DNA from: Octopus sinensis
Taxonomy: Eukaryota
NCBI RefSeq assembly: GCF_006345805.1
Contig: NC_043000.1
Span: 11,408,001 to 11,472,000, forward strand
Direction: 5' to 3'
Length of the DNA stretch: 64,000 nucleotides
Below the pieces are notes generated by a model that saw only the letters and a list, made by a program, of their open reading frames with translations, made no database searches and was not told where the DNA came from. Positions 36,801-50,574 of the stretch are shown piece by piece; positions within the stretch are counted from its first letter, which is position 1; each line of letters begins with the position of its first letter. Position numbers and translations under genes: made by a program.

Positions 36801-39136
36801 TACTGGTAGAATGTGTTTATAAAACATCATTTTCTCTTGGCTTTATTGAGAAATTTCTATATGTTGTAACATATTTCGTCTTTAATTTCGCATTTCGGCA
36901 ATTTTAACCAATCGCTGACCTCCATTTAGGTAAGTACATTCTGTGCATAATGAATTTGTCCCTCCTTTAAGAAACTTGGGGGTTTATTTACATTTGCGAA
37001 GAAAAAGATACCCTTTCCCCCCCCCTAACCCTAACACTAACTCTAACCCTAAATCTAAAATAGATTGAAATGCAGGAATCAGCCCGGGTCTTTGCAGTCA
37101 CAGCATATCTCCAGAGATCTCGGTCCTTCGTCATTGCCTCTGTCTGTGAGGCCCAATGCTCTGAGGTTATGCTGACTACCTCATCCCATGTCTTCCTGGG
37201 TCTACCTCTCCCCGATACCTTCAACTGTTTGGGAGCGGCACTTCTTCACATATCTCTCCTCATCCATCCACAGTACTACGCATACCATCGCAAGCGTCAC
37301 TCTTGCACACCACATCTGATCATCTGCTTCTTATGTCCAGCATTTCTCTCAGGGTGCTTACACTCTGTCGTGCGTGCACACTGACATTAAACATCCAGCG
37401 GATCATGTTAGCTTCATTTCTTTCAAGTCTACGCATATCCTCTGCAGTCACAGCCCATGTTTCACTACCGTGAAGCATGGCAGTTTGTACACATGCATCA
37501 TACAATCTACCTTTCACTCTGAGCGAGAGACCCTTTGTCGCCAGTAGGGGTAGGAGCTTTCTAAACTTTGCCCAGGCTATTCGTATTCTAGCGGTGACAC
37601 TCTCTGAGCATCCACCTCCACTACTAACTTGGTCACCTAGGTAGTGGAAACTATCACTACTTCTAGTTTTCTTCTTCTGTTTTCTCTCTTCTTCTTCTCT
37701 TCTGTTTCTGTCCCCTGGAGTTGATAGAATCTGTTTTGCTGAGTATCTGTGATGTTTATTGTCCCTGTGATCTGCCGCACATGAAAGCTATCTTATCAGT
37801 TAATTTCCCTTTGATGTTGCTGCACCTCTTATGCGTCCATAGCTTACACTGGGTACCATCTTATGGAGTTTCTACCCTACACGCTTTCCTACAGATCGAG
37901 CAGGGCCACCTGCCCGAGGGTGTGTGTGCTGAGTTCGTCTCTCTGCTTATTACTATAGACTTTGGTCTCATACATATATATAATGGCGAAGTTTTGATTC
38001 AAAGGAAAGAAAGAAGAAATTATCAGCACATAGGGACGAATTATTACGATAGGACTAAAAAGATTATATATATATACATATATATAATGGCGAAGTTTTG
38101 ATTCAAAGGAAAGAAACACGACGACCACCATCACCACTACTAGCACCACCGCTGCCACTAACACACCGCCTCCACCACCACCATACTATGCCTCTGCTCT
38201 CTCCTTTTGGCTACTTTATATACATATATATAATGGCGAAGTTTTGATTCAAAGGAAAGAAACACGACGACACCCATCACCACTACTAGCACCACCGCTG
38301 CCACTAACACCGCCTCCACCACCACCATACTATGCCTCTGCTCTCTCCTTTTGGCTACTAAATCCATTACAGGATAAAAAATTTTATCAATGGCCAGCAT
38401 ATAAAAAATACCTTAACTTCGCCTTCGATTATCATTATTAGTTAATAAGTTTGCGAAAAATAACTTGCTTACCTTACAGCAGTGATTTTCAACCAGGGTT
38501 CCGCAAGAAGTTACAAAACTGCTAAAATTGGCAGTAATGGGGTTCCGCTCCAGTAAAAAGTTTGAAAAGCACTGCCTTAGAGGTGTTCATTTCATCATCA
38601 CATCAGACGATTCGAGTTCACTTGGCGTCTGCGCAGAGGCGGTACCATAGACAATGAGGGTTATCCGGAGCGTGGTTAGTGCGTGTTGATAACTATTTGG
38701 TGACGATTTATCGGTGACAAATGACTCAAAAATGCGTTAGGCAGTATTATACTAATTAAAAGTTCAAGAATGTTTTTTTTTTTTATGAGATTCATAAAAT
38801 GCTTTGTATATAATGGCTACAGCAAATAAAATGTTATAGATGTGTATATAAATTAGGGTTAAGGTGGATTTTAAAATAGAATCACGGAGACTAGTTGGTA
38901 ACCGACTACTTTCTTTCCATTGCATGGATTGTTTTTTTTTATTAAAGGGATGGTATTATTAAAATGCCATCACAAGTGGTTAGGGAATTATTAGCCGTAC
39001 AGGCAAATTAATAAAATATATACATACAATATTAGACTTGTACATATATATATACAAGGGTACTACATGAGTACCTATATCGCTAATTATAGAAGTTAAA
39101 AATACTTCTGTACACCACCGAAAGTCACAAATCTAT

Positions 39137-39181
<45 letters not shown>

Positions 39182-39332
39182 CATGTGTATATTTAGGGCT
39201 AAAAGATCACAAACGATCAGCGAACACCAGAACATAGATCGTTTGTGATCTTCTTCTAGCATATGGCTATCCACCTAGGGTTTTTTTAGACCTACATATA
39301 CACATGTATATATTTATTTATATATTATTTAT

Positions 39333-39400
<68 letters not shown>

Positions 39401-40944
39401 GTATATATATATGTATGTATGTAGTGTGTGTGTGTGTAATAGATTTGTGACTTTCGGTGGTACAGAAGTATTTTTTAACTTCTATAACTAGCTATATAGG
39501 TACCTGTATACCGGTATACGATTAATTCTTGATTTTTATATAATTTTCATCTGTCTTGCCCGCCTATATTCCGGTGTTCGCTGTGGTTAAACAAGTCGTA
39601 TTAATGTATGTGACACGGTTTCGATTTCCGATTGGAGATTGTTACCCTTCAATAAGTTGTTTAACCACTGATCAGTCCTGATAAGAACATTCCACATGTG
39701 ACTATTTTTGAATGAGTTTGCAGCAAAAAAAAATCATTTTCGAGGTTGAGGATTACGTAATATGCTTCAAACAAATCTAGGAGAAAAAAAAGTGAAAAAT
39801 GCTAATATTTTGGAAATTAAAAGGAGCAAAGTCTAAAAGAGGAAGGATTGCTCCAAGACACTTCCAAATTTTTTTTGTCTAATCTTCTTACTACCATAAT
39901 CATAATGTACATCCTCTAAAATGTATCTCTTTAGAATTTGGTGAACGAATATATATTTGTCAGGAAGTTATTGAGGAAACAAATTTGGGGAGCGCTAAAC
40001 TGCAGTTGTGTCCATATATATCATCATAATCATCGTCATCGTTTTAACGTCCGTTTCCGCGCTAGCACGGGTTGGACGGTTCGACCGGGGTCTGGGGAGC
40101 CAGGGGCTGCCCCAGGCTCAGTCTGGTCTGGCAGTGTTTCCACAGCTGGATGCCCTTCCTAACGCCAACCACTCCGCGAGTGTAGGGTGTTTTTTACGTG
40201 CCACCTGCACCAGTGGAGGCTGCACTGGCAACGGCTACGTTCGGATGGTGCTTTTTATGTGTCACCGGCACAGGTATCACAACTACTACTGTTTCCATTG
40301 ATATTTGGTTCGATTCTCATGTACATGCACTTGACTCAACAGGTCTCCTCAAGCACAGCGAGATGTTCCGGTACGTGCACTTGACTCAACAGGTCTCCTC
40401 AAGCACAGCGAGATGTTCCGGGATCCCACGATCGGTTGGTGTGTGCCACCGGCACAGAAGCCATTCGAGGCGGGGTTGGCATCGGTCACGTTCGGATGGA
40501 GCTTTTAGTTAAAAGAGAAATACGAGGACTAGTTGGAACGCTACTTTCTTTCCAGGGCAGGGATTGTTTTTTTTATTAAAGGCTGGTATTATTAAAAGGC
40601 CACCACAAGTGTTAGGGAATTTAGCCGCACAGGCAAATTAATAAATATATACTACAAATAGACTTGTACATAGATATATACAGGGTACTACATGAGTAAC
40701 TAGATCGCTAGTTAGAAGGGTAAAAAGACTTCTGACACCGGGAAAGTCACAAATCTATTACATATATAAGAATATCGATATATATATCTATATATATATA
40801 TACATGTGTATATTTAGGCTAAAAGATCACAAACGATCAGCGAACACCAACAAGATCGTTTGTGATCTCTTCTAGCATATGGCTATCCACCTAGGGTTTT
40901 TTGACCGCAGATACACATGTATATATTGATTATATATTTATTTA

Positions 40945-40976
<32 letters not shown>

Positions 40977-40978
40977 AT

Positions 40979-41028
<50 letters not shown>

Positions 41029-41629
41029 GTATTATGTATGTGTGGGTGTGTGTAATAGATTTGTGACTTTTCGGTGGTACAGAAGTATTTTTTAACTTCT
41101 ATAACTAGCTATATAGGTACCTGTATACCGGTATACGATTAATTCTTGATTTATATAATTTTCATCTGTCTTGCCCGCCTATATTCCGGTGTTCGCTGTG
41201 GTTAAACAAGTCGTATTAATGTATGTGACACGGTTCGATTCCGATTGGAGATTGTTACCCTTCAATAAGTTTTTTAACCACTGATCAGTCCTGATAAGAA
41301 CATTCCACAGTGACTATTTTTGAATGAGTTTGCAGCAAAAAAAATCATTTTCGAGGTTGAGGATTACGTAATATGCTTCAAACAAATCTAGGGAAAAAAA
41401 AGTGAAAAATGCTAATATTTTGGAAATTAAAAGGAGCAAAGTCTAAAGAGGAAGGATTGCTCCAAGACACTTCCAAATTTTTTTTGTCTAATCTTCTTAC
41501 TACCATAATCATAATGTACATCCTCTAAAATGTATCTCTTTAGAATTTGGTGACGAAATATATTTTCAGGAAGTTATTGAGGAAACAAATTTGGGGAGCG
41601 CTAAACTGCAGTTGTGTCCATATATATCA

Positions 41630-44600
41630 TCATAATCATCGTCATCGTTTAACGTCCGTTTTCCGCGCTAGCACGGGTTGGACGGTTCGACCGGGGTCTG
41701 GGGAGCCAGGGGCTGCCCCAGGCTCCAGTCTGGTCTGGCAGTGTTTCCACAGCTGGATGCCCTTCCTAACGCCAACCACTCCGCGAGTGTAGTGGGTGCT
41801 TTTTACGTGCCACCTGCACCAGTGGAGGCTGCACTGGCAACGGCTACGTTCGGATGGTGCTTTTTATGTGTCACCGGCACAGGTATCACAACTACTACTG
41901 TTTCCATTGATATTTGGTTCGATTCTCATGTACATGCACTTGACTCAACAGGTCTCCTCAAGCACAGCGAGATGTTCCGGTACGTGCACTTGACTCAACA
42001 GGTCTCCTCAAGCACAGCGAGATGTTCCGGGATCCCACGATCGGTTGGTGTGTGCCACACCGGCACAGAAGCCATTCGAGGCGGTTGGCATCGGTCACGT
42101 TCGATGGAGCTTTTAGGCGGGGTTGGCATCGGTCACGTTCGGATGGAGCTTTTTATGTGCCACCGGCACAGAAGCCAGTGGAGGCTGCACTGGCAACGGC
42201 CACGTTCGGATGGTGCTGGCGGGGTTGGCATCGGTCACGTTCGGATGGAGATTTTTATGTGCCACTGGCCCAGAAGCCAGTGGAGGCTGCGCTGGCAATG
42301 GCCACGTTCGGATGGTGCTTTTTATGTGTCACCGGCACAGGTATCACAACTACTACTGTTTCCATTGATATTTGGTTCGATTCTCATGTACATGTACATG
42401 CACTTGACTCAACAGGTCTCCTCAAGCACAGCGAGATGTTCCGGGATCCCACGATCGGGTGGTGAGCCACACGCATAACTTTGCTATCTTATGTAAGAAT
42501 GTATTATCACTTTTAATGATGCAGGATCTTTTCCTTTTGAACGGCACTTTGTTACATAATTTCTAGGTAACTAAAAAGTTTTAAACTTCGTATACTGGTA
42601 GAATGTGTTTATAAAACATCATTTTCTCTTGGCTTTATTGAGAAAATTCTATATGTTGTAACATATTTCGTCTTTAATTTCGAGCATTTCGGCAATTTTA
42701 ACCAATCGCTGACCTCCATTTAGGTAAGTAACATTCTGTGCATAATGAATTTGTCCCTCCTTTAAGAAACAGATTGGGTTTATTTACATTTGCGAAGAAA
42801 AAAGATACCCTTCCCCCACCCCTAACCCTAACACTAACTCTAACCCTAAATCTAAAATAGATTGAAATGCAGGAAGCAGCCCGGGTCTTTGCAGTCACAG
42901 CATATCTCCAGAGATCTCGGTCCTTCGTCATTGCCTCTGTGAGGCCCAATGCTCTGAGGTTATGCTTGACTACCTCATCCCATGTCTTCCTGGGTCTACC
43001 TCTCCCCCGATACCTTCAACTGTTTGGGAGCGGCACTTCTTCACATATCTCTCCTCATCCATCCACAGTACATGACCATACCATCGCAAGCGTCACTCTT
43101 GCACACCACATCTGATGCTTCTTATGTCCAGCATTTCTCTCAGGGTGCTTACACTCTGTCGTGCGTGCACACTGACATTAAACATCCAGCGGATCATGTT
43201 AGCTTCATTTCTTTCAAGTCTACGCATATCCTCTGCAGTCACAGCCCATGTTTCACTACCGTGAAGCATGGCAGTTTGTACACATGCATCATACAATCTA
43301 CCTTTCACTCTGAGCGAGAGACCCTTTGTCGCCAGTAGGGGTAGGAGCTTTCTAAACTTTGCCCAGGCTATTCGTATTCTAGCGGTGACACTCTCTGAGC
43401 ATCCACCTCCACTACTAACTTGGTCACCTAGGTAGTGGAAACTATCAACTACTTCTAGTTTCTTCCCCTGGAGTATGATAGAATCTGTTTTCTGAGTATC
43501 TGTGTGATGTTATTGTCCCTGTGCATCTGCCGCACATGAAAGCTATCTTATCAGTTAATTTCCCTTTGATGTTGCTGCACCTCTTATGCGTCCATAGCTT
43601 ACACTGGGTACATCTTATGGAGTTTCTACCTACACCTTTCCTACAGATCGAGCAGGGCCACCTGCCCGAGGGTGTGTGTGCTGAGTTCGTCTCTCTGCTT
43701 ACTATAACTTTGGTCTTTGCTACATTTACTCTAAGGCCCTTTGATTCTAACCCTTGCTTCCACACCCAAAATTTCTTTTCTACTTCCGGTAGTGATTCTG
43801 CCATGAGAGCCAGGTCATCAGCATAGAGGAGCTCTCAGGGGCAACCTGTTTTGAATTCCTCTGTTATTGCCTGGAGGACTATGATGAATAAAAGGGGACT
43901 TAGGGCTGAACCTTGGTGTACACCTACTTCTACCCGGAATTCTTCACTATATTCATTGCCAATCCTAACCTTGCTGACAGCCTCTCTGTATAGGGCCTGT
44001 ACAGCCCTTATTAGCCATTCATCAATCTCCAGTTTCCGCATCGACCACCAGATAAGGGATCGGGGGACCCTGTCAAAGGCTTTCTCCAAGTCTACAAAAG
44101 CTATGTAGAGGGGTTTATCTTTAGCTAGGTATTTCTCCTGCAGTTCTCGAACCAGGAATATAGCATCAGTGGTGCTTCTACCTGGCACAAAACCGAACTG
44201 CATCTCATCTAAGCAAATTCTCTCCCTAATGAGATGGGTTATGACCCTCTCTGTGACCTTCATCACCTGATCCAACAGTTTAATACCCCTGTAGTTATTT
44301 CTATCTAGAGCATCACCTTTACCCTTGTAGCAGTTGACTATGGTGCTGCTATGCCAGTCATTGGGTATGACTCCATTATGAACCACCTGGTTTACAATGC
44401 GGGTGACGAGTCCATAGCCCACACAACCAGCTGTTTTAAGCATCTCAGCAGTGATTCCTGATGGGCCGGGGGCTTTCCTGGTTTCATACCCTTAATTGCC
44501 TTAACTACAAGGGAGCTGTCTATTTGGATAGCTGGTCCCTCTACTGGTCAACATTTGGCAGGCTCTCCTCCTCCTATTCATTCTCCACATTCAACAGTCT

Positions 44601-45300
44601 TTCATAATATACTCTTCTCAAGCCTCTTTCTTTTCGCCAACATTAAAAGCAAGTGCCCCCATCATCCATGCGGACACATTTCTCTCCTGTTACATCACTA
44701 TTTTCTCTCACACACTGTCTAGCAATCGAAGAAGTACCTCAGTTCTTTGGTCCTCACATCGCTAGACATTGGCAAACTTCTTCTTTTCTGCTACATCTTT
44801 TGGCTATGTAATACCTGCCGCCCAGCCTCCCCTTTTGGCTACCTGGTACAGTTCCCTGCTACCCCCATCCCCCAAGGCTTTCCAGGCCTTTTCTTTGCTC
44901 TAATGCTTTGTCTACTGTACTATTTCCCACCACCACGTACTCTAGGTCTGGAAGGGACTTTGCACCATCCCACTTGGTCTGTGGCACTCAGCAAGCGTCC
45001 TCGGAATTTCCAGCTACCTTCTATGTCCGACGTCTGTAGCTCCTCCTCCCTCTCATCAATTTTTTGATGAGGATGTCCCTAACTCTGACCATGTGAAGAG
45101 TTCTTTAGCTTCCAAATCCTTCTTTTCTGGATTGGTTTGTTTCTTGGTATCCTTCTGGTCTCAAGCCTAAAGTCACTAATGATTAGCCTATGCTGAGGGG
45201 TACATTCTTCACCCGGGAGGGTCTTTGTATTTAAGAGCAACCATGCATCCCGCTGTCTGGTGAGGATGAAGTCTATCTGGCTAGCGGAGTCCCTTGACTG
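41630..45300 (-). mobile_element. RTE-clade LINE, 5'-truncated within the endonuclease, frameshifted, with a MITE inserted
   Basis: SQIDFILT…QHRLI (APE C-terminus), IPNDW…YKGKGD…NYRGIKLL…QFGF…DLEKAFDRV…GVHQGSALSPLLF, ELLYADDL (~43810-43835), RLRW and GRGRPRKTW regions, (GAT)n tail. Confidence 0.92.
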
Positions 45301-45510
45301 ATAGGTTATTTATATATAAAATATAAATTAGCGATAAAACCACTATTATGCAACTCAAACAGTGATAGCCATAAACCAATACATAAATAACAAATAATAT
45401 ATATTTTTATAAAACATATAACTTATAACTAGATCTCAAAAAGTATAAAATGAATGATAAATATATAATATAATAAGTATACACATACATACATTTGTTT
45501 GTGCATATAA

Positions 45511-45558
<48 letters not shown>

Positions 45559-45845
45559 TATATACGTATGTCCACCCATGTTATGTAAGTAGAGGTTATT
45601 GTCCTTGGTTCTAAAGTTGAGAAGGCAGTGTCCGACCACTCAATCCCAAGTATTCAATCTGTTTAGACAATGGGGATGAGATGTGTGTGCGGGTTTCAAA
45701 GTTTACTAACAACTTGGTGGGGGGGGGGGAATGGTCTTTTTTCTTTTTAAAGACTAAAAACTGTTTCTACAACATTTAAATGATTCTGTGTCAATCCATC
45801 ATTTGAATACCACCACCTCTCTTGGCAAGTCTTCAGTTGTGCTCT

Positions 45846-45913
<68 letters not shown>

Positions 45914-45916
45914 ATA

Positions 45917-48028
45917 ATAAAAATGGTAAATAATTTTCCTGTGGTTTTTCATGTAACCAACAATTATTTACCGGTAAATTTCGGTATGCAAATACGACAA
46001 ATTAATTGTCAGGACCTTTGTAAGGTTCAGTATATAGTAAAGAAAAAATAAGATGGCTAGCAGCAGGCTGTTTCACCTCATACTGAAGGAATTAGAAATG
46101 GCAGTCAAAGACCGTTTTTCCAATTTCTATAAGTGGAGAATCCAAAACGAAGGCCCATACGGCTCACATACACAAAACCGGAGTGGCAAATATACGAAGT
46201 CAGTCACTTACCGTTAATAGCGAACATATGTTTTCTGGATCGCAAACATAGAAATCAGTTTGAATTCCGTCATCGGCGCTATATTCGATAGTTTTACCAA
46301 TGCCACTAGCCCTCACTTCTGACCCAGCGACATCAGATAGTGGGGGGAAGAGCGCAGATGTTAAAACTAAGTGGCGACTGGGAACGTAAATTTTCCCTCC
46401 AAAATTCTGCCATGCACGCTTTCTGGGTAATCGTAATGGAATGAGGAATCCACATGGTAATGTAATAAAAATGGTAAATAATTTTCCTGTGGTTTTTCAT
46501 GTAACCAACAATTATTTACCGGTAAATTTCGGTATGCAAATACGACAAATTAATTGTCAGGACCTTTGTAAGGTTCAGTATATAGTAAAGAAAAAATAAG
46601 ATGGCTAGCAGCAGGCTGTTTCACCTCATACTGAAGGAATTAGAAATGGCAGCCAAAGACCGTTTTTCCAATTTCTATAAGTGGAGAATCCAAAAACGAA
46701 GGCCCATACGGCTCACATACACAAAACCGGAGTGGCAAATATACGAAGTCAGTCACTTACCGTTAATAGCGAACATATGTTTCTGGATCGCAAACATAGA
46801 AATCAGTTTGAATTCCGTCATCGGCGCTATATTCGATAGTTTTACCAAATGCCACTAGCCCTCACTTCTGACCCAGCGACATCAGATAGTGGGGGGAAGA
46901 GCGCAGATGTTAAAACTAAGTGGCGACTGGGAACGTAAATTTTCCCTCCAAAATTCTGCCATGCGCGCTTTCTGGGTAATCGTAATGGAATGAGGAATCC
47001 ACATGGTAATGTAATAAAAATGGTAAATAATTTTCCTGTGGTTTTTCATGTAACCAACAATTATTTACCGGTAAATTTCGGTATGCAAATACGACAAATT
47101 AATTGTCAGGACCTTTGTAAGGTTCAGTATATAGTAAAGAAAAAATAAGATGGCTAGGAGCAGGCTGTTTCACCTCATACCGAAGGAATTAGAAATGGCA
47201 GTCAAAGACCGTTTTTCCAATTTCTATAAGTGGAGAATCCAAAAACGAAGGCCCATACGGCTCACATACACAAAACCGGAGTGGCAAGTATACGAAGTCA
47301 GTCACTTACCGTTAATAGCGAACATATGTTTCTGGATCGCAAACATAGAAATCAGTTTGAATTCCGTCATCGGCGCTATATTCGATAGTTTTACCAAATG
47401 CCACTAGCCCTCACTTCTGACCCAGCGACATCAGATAGTGGGGGGAAGAGCGCAGATGTTAAAACTAAGTGGCGACTGGGAACGTAAATTTTCCCTCCAA
47501 AATTCTGCCATGCGCGCTTTCTGGGTAATCGTATGGAATGAGGAATCCACATGGTAATGTAATAAAAATGGTAAATAATTTTCCTGTGGTTTTTCATGTA
47601 ACCAACAATTATTTACCGGTAAATTTCGGTATGCAAATACGACAAATTAATTGTCAGGACCTTTGTAAGGTTCAGTATATAGTAAAGAAAAAATAAGATG
47701 GCTAGCAGCAGGCTGTTTCACCTCATACCGAAGGAATTAGAAATGGCAGTCAAAGACCGTTTTTCCAATTTCTATAAGTGGAGAATCCAAAAACGAAGGC
47801 CCATACGGCTCACATACACAAAACCGGAGTGGCAAATATATGAAGTCAGTCACTTACCGTTAATAGCGAACATATGTTTCTGGATCGCAAACATAGAAAT
47901 CAGTTTGAATTCCGTCATCGGCGCTATATTCGATAGTTTTACCAAATGCCACTAGCCCTCACTTCTGACCCAGCGACATCAGATAGTGGGGGGAAGAGCG
48001 CAGATGTTAAAACTAAGTGGCGACTGGG
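45917..48028. repeat. 548-549 bp tandem repeat, ~3.9 copies
   Basis: Unit starts at 45917, 46465, 47014 and 47562; copies are near-identical. Bounded by (CTAT)n on the left and by an inverted ~100-bp piece plus (TA)n on the right. Confidence 0.95.
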
Positions 48029-48218
48029 ATTCTCCACTTATAGAAATTGGAAAAACGGTCTTTGACTGCCATTTCTAATTCCTTCGGTATGAGGTGAAAC
48101 AGCCTGCTGCTAGCCATCTTATTTTTTCTTTATCTATCTATATATATATATATATATGTGTATATATATATGTATGTGTATATATATATATATGTATATA
48201 TATATGTATATATATATG

Positions 48219-48283
<65 letters not shown>

Positions 48284-48434
48284 ATATATATATATGTATA
48301 TAATATATATGTATATATATATGTATATATATGTGTGTATGTATATATATATATATATCTATATATATATATGTGTATGTATATATATGTATATATATAT
48401 ATGTGTATGTATATATGTATGTATGTATATATAT

Positions 48435-49728
48435 ACCTCTTACCTCTGCTGGTGACTAAAGGCCTCTCGCTCAGAGTAAAAGGCAGACTATATGATGCGT
48501 GTGTACGAACAGCCATGCTACATGGCAACGAAACATGAGCCGTGACTGCTGAGGACATACGTAAGCTCGTGAGGAATGAAGCCAGTATGCTCCGATGGAT
48601 GTGTAATGTCAGTGTACATACTTGACAGAGCGTTAGCACCTTGAGAGAAATGTACCTAAGAAGCATCAGTTGTGGTGTGCAAGAGAGACGATTGCGCTGG
48701 TATGGTCATGTGGCGAGAATGGATGAAGATAGGTGTGTGAGAAAGTGCCAATCCCTAGCAGTTGAGGGAACCCGTGGAAGAGGTAGACCCAGGAAAACCT
48801 GGGACGAGGTGGTGAAGCACGACCTTCGAACTTTAGGCCTCACTGAGGAAATGACCAGCGACCGAGACCTCTGGAAATATTCTGTACGTGAGAAGACCAG
48901 GCAGGACAAGTGAGCCCAGCCCACTTATGAATGCCTTTCCTCCCTTGGACACAAAGACCTGTTGAGGCAAGCGAAGTCGATATAGAACCTCATCTGACGA
49001 CAGACACCCATGCCAACCCCCCATGCTTGCGAAGACATGTTGGGGCAAGCGAAACCGAATTGAACCAGCCAGGATCCCTGGCCTGGTGGTACGTAAAAAG
49101 CACTATCCGACTCGTGGCCATGGCACGTAAAATACTCCAATGCGACCGTACGACAGGCACCCATGCCAACCCCCTTTGCTTGTGAAGACATGTTGGGGCA
49201 AGCGAAATCGAAATTGAATTGAACCAGCCAGGATCCCTGGTCTGGTGGTACGTAAAAAGCACTATCCGACTCGTGGCCGTGGCACGTAAAATACTCCAAT
49301 GCGACCGTACGACAGGCACCCATGCCAACCCCCTTTGCTTGTGAAGACATGTTGGGGCAAGCGAAATCGAAATCGAATTGAACCAGCCAGGATCCCTGGT
49401 CTGGTGGTACGTAAAAAGCACTATCCGACTCGTGGCCGATGCCAGCACCGCCTCGACTGGCTTCCGTGCCGGTGGCACATAAAATACACCAATCTGACCG
49501 TGGCCGTTGCCAGCCTCGCCTGGCACCTGTGCAGGTGGCACGTAAAAAGCACCCACTACACTCACGGAGTGGTTGGCGTTAGGAAGGGCATCCAGCTGTA
49601 GAAACATTGCCAGATTAGACTGGAGCCTGGTGCAGCCTTCTGGCTTCCCAGAACCCCGGTCGAACCGTCCAACCCATGCTAGCATGGAGAACGGACGTTA
49701 AACGATGATGATGATGATGATGATGATG
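48435..49728 (+). mobile_element. RTE LINE 3' fragment with expanded 3'UTR modules
   Basis: [15 protein letters not shown]…[12 protein letters not shown]…GRGRPRKTWDEVV; ~130-bp UTR repeats; (GAT)n tail. Confidence 0.9.
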
Positions 49729-49794
49729 ATATATATATATTTTTTTTTTTTTTTTTCCCCTGTCTTCCCTTCTCGGGATCTTTCCTTCTCCTAT

Positions 49795-49829
49795 GTTTCT
49801 GACGAAGAGCTCCGCTCGAAACGTCAAAC
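49795..49829 (+). ncRNA. Minimal type I hammerhead ribozyme motif (canonical core)
   Basis: gttt CTGACGA a gagc tcc gctc GAAA cg TC aaac: stem I gttt/aaac, stem II gagc/gctc, palindromic ACGT stem III, GUC cleavage triplet. Confidence 0.7.
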
Positions 49830-50068
49830 CCTCCTTCTTCCCTGAGCGTCCAATAATACTTTACTTTCCCTCATCTCCTCTCTCTACACTACACCATACG
49901 ACTTTACACATCACATCATATATACATACACACGTCCAGACCTCTCATACGCACTAATACTCTCTCATACACACACACACACTCTTCTCATACACACACA
50001 CACACACTCTTATGTTGAAGCGAGGTCATTTAACCCTATTATCTCCCCTAGTTTTGCTCTTGCGTCAC

Positions 50069-50482
50069 ACGTTTGATCTTTGACTTCTGGCCGAAATCAG
50101 ATCGCCATGTTGATTCGCTAGCCTCTGCACGCATTTTTTTTCTCTCCTTCTTTCTGTGTTTCTTCTCTGTGTATCTTTCTGTTGAAGAGCGTAGGCTCGA
50201 AACGTTAAAGACTTGACGTTTGATCTTTGACTTCTGGCCGAAATCAGATCGCCATGTTGATTCGCTAGCCTCTGCACGCATTTTTTTTCTTCTTTTCTGT
50301 GTTTCTTCTCTGTGTATCTTTCTGTTGAAGAGCGTAGGCTCGAAACGTTAAAGACTTGTTTTATTTATATTTCCTGAGCGCCATACTAATACAATTGTTT
50401 GTTTGTATTCCCCCTGCCTTCGTCTTTTGTTTATTTCCGTAAACCTGCCTTCGTCTTTTGTCTATTTTCATAAAGCTTCCCG

Positions 50483-50485
<3 letters not shown>
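50069..50485 (+). mobile_element. Tandem ~143-147 nt repeats, each carrying a hammerhead-like motif (Penelope pLTR or retrozyme-like)
   Basis: Units 50069-50215 and 50216-50358 each end tcttt CTGTTGA a gagc gtag gctc GAAA cg TT aaaga. Confidence 0.65.
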
Positions 50486-50554
<69 letters not shown>

Positions 50555-50574
50555 GTGTATATATATATGTATAT

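Larger units (their letters stand above)
22927..43716. repeat. Tandem multiplication (about 7 full or partial copies) of a ~4-5 kb TE-mosaic unit
   Basis: Landmark aa(a)ttttatcaatggcc at ~22927, 27686, 30073, 31104, 34248, 38379, with a restart at ~40510. The middle copies differ mainly by single-base indels and large internal jumps. Confidence 0.85.

Noticed and set aside
45980-46420. snRNA-type gene in the 549-bp unit (octamer plus CTTACCGT PSE-like motif)
   Set aside because: The downstream sequence matches no U snRNA, 5S, 7SL or tRNA I recognise and has no Sm site; the PSE-like motif is equally the reverse complement of a splice donor.
46601-47955. Three repeated 85-aa ORFs (MASSRLFHL…)
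   Set aside because: They recur only because the DNA is tandemly repeated, the first unit is frameshifted, and no domain is recognisable.
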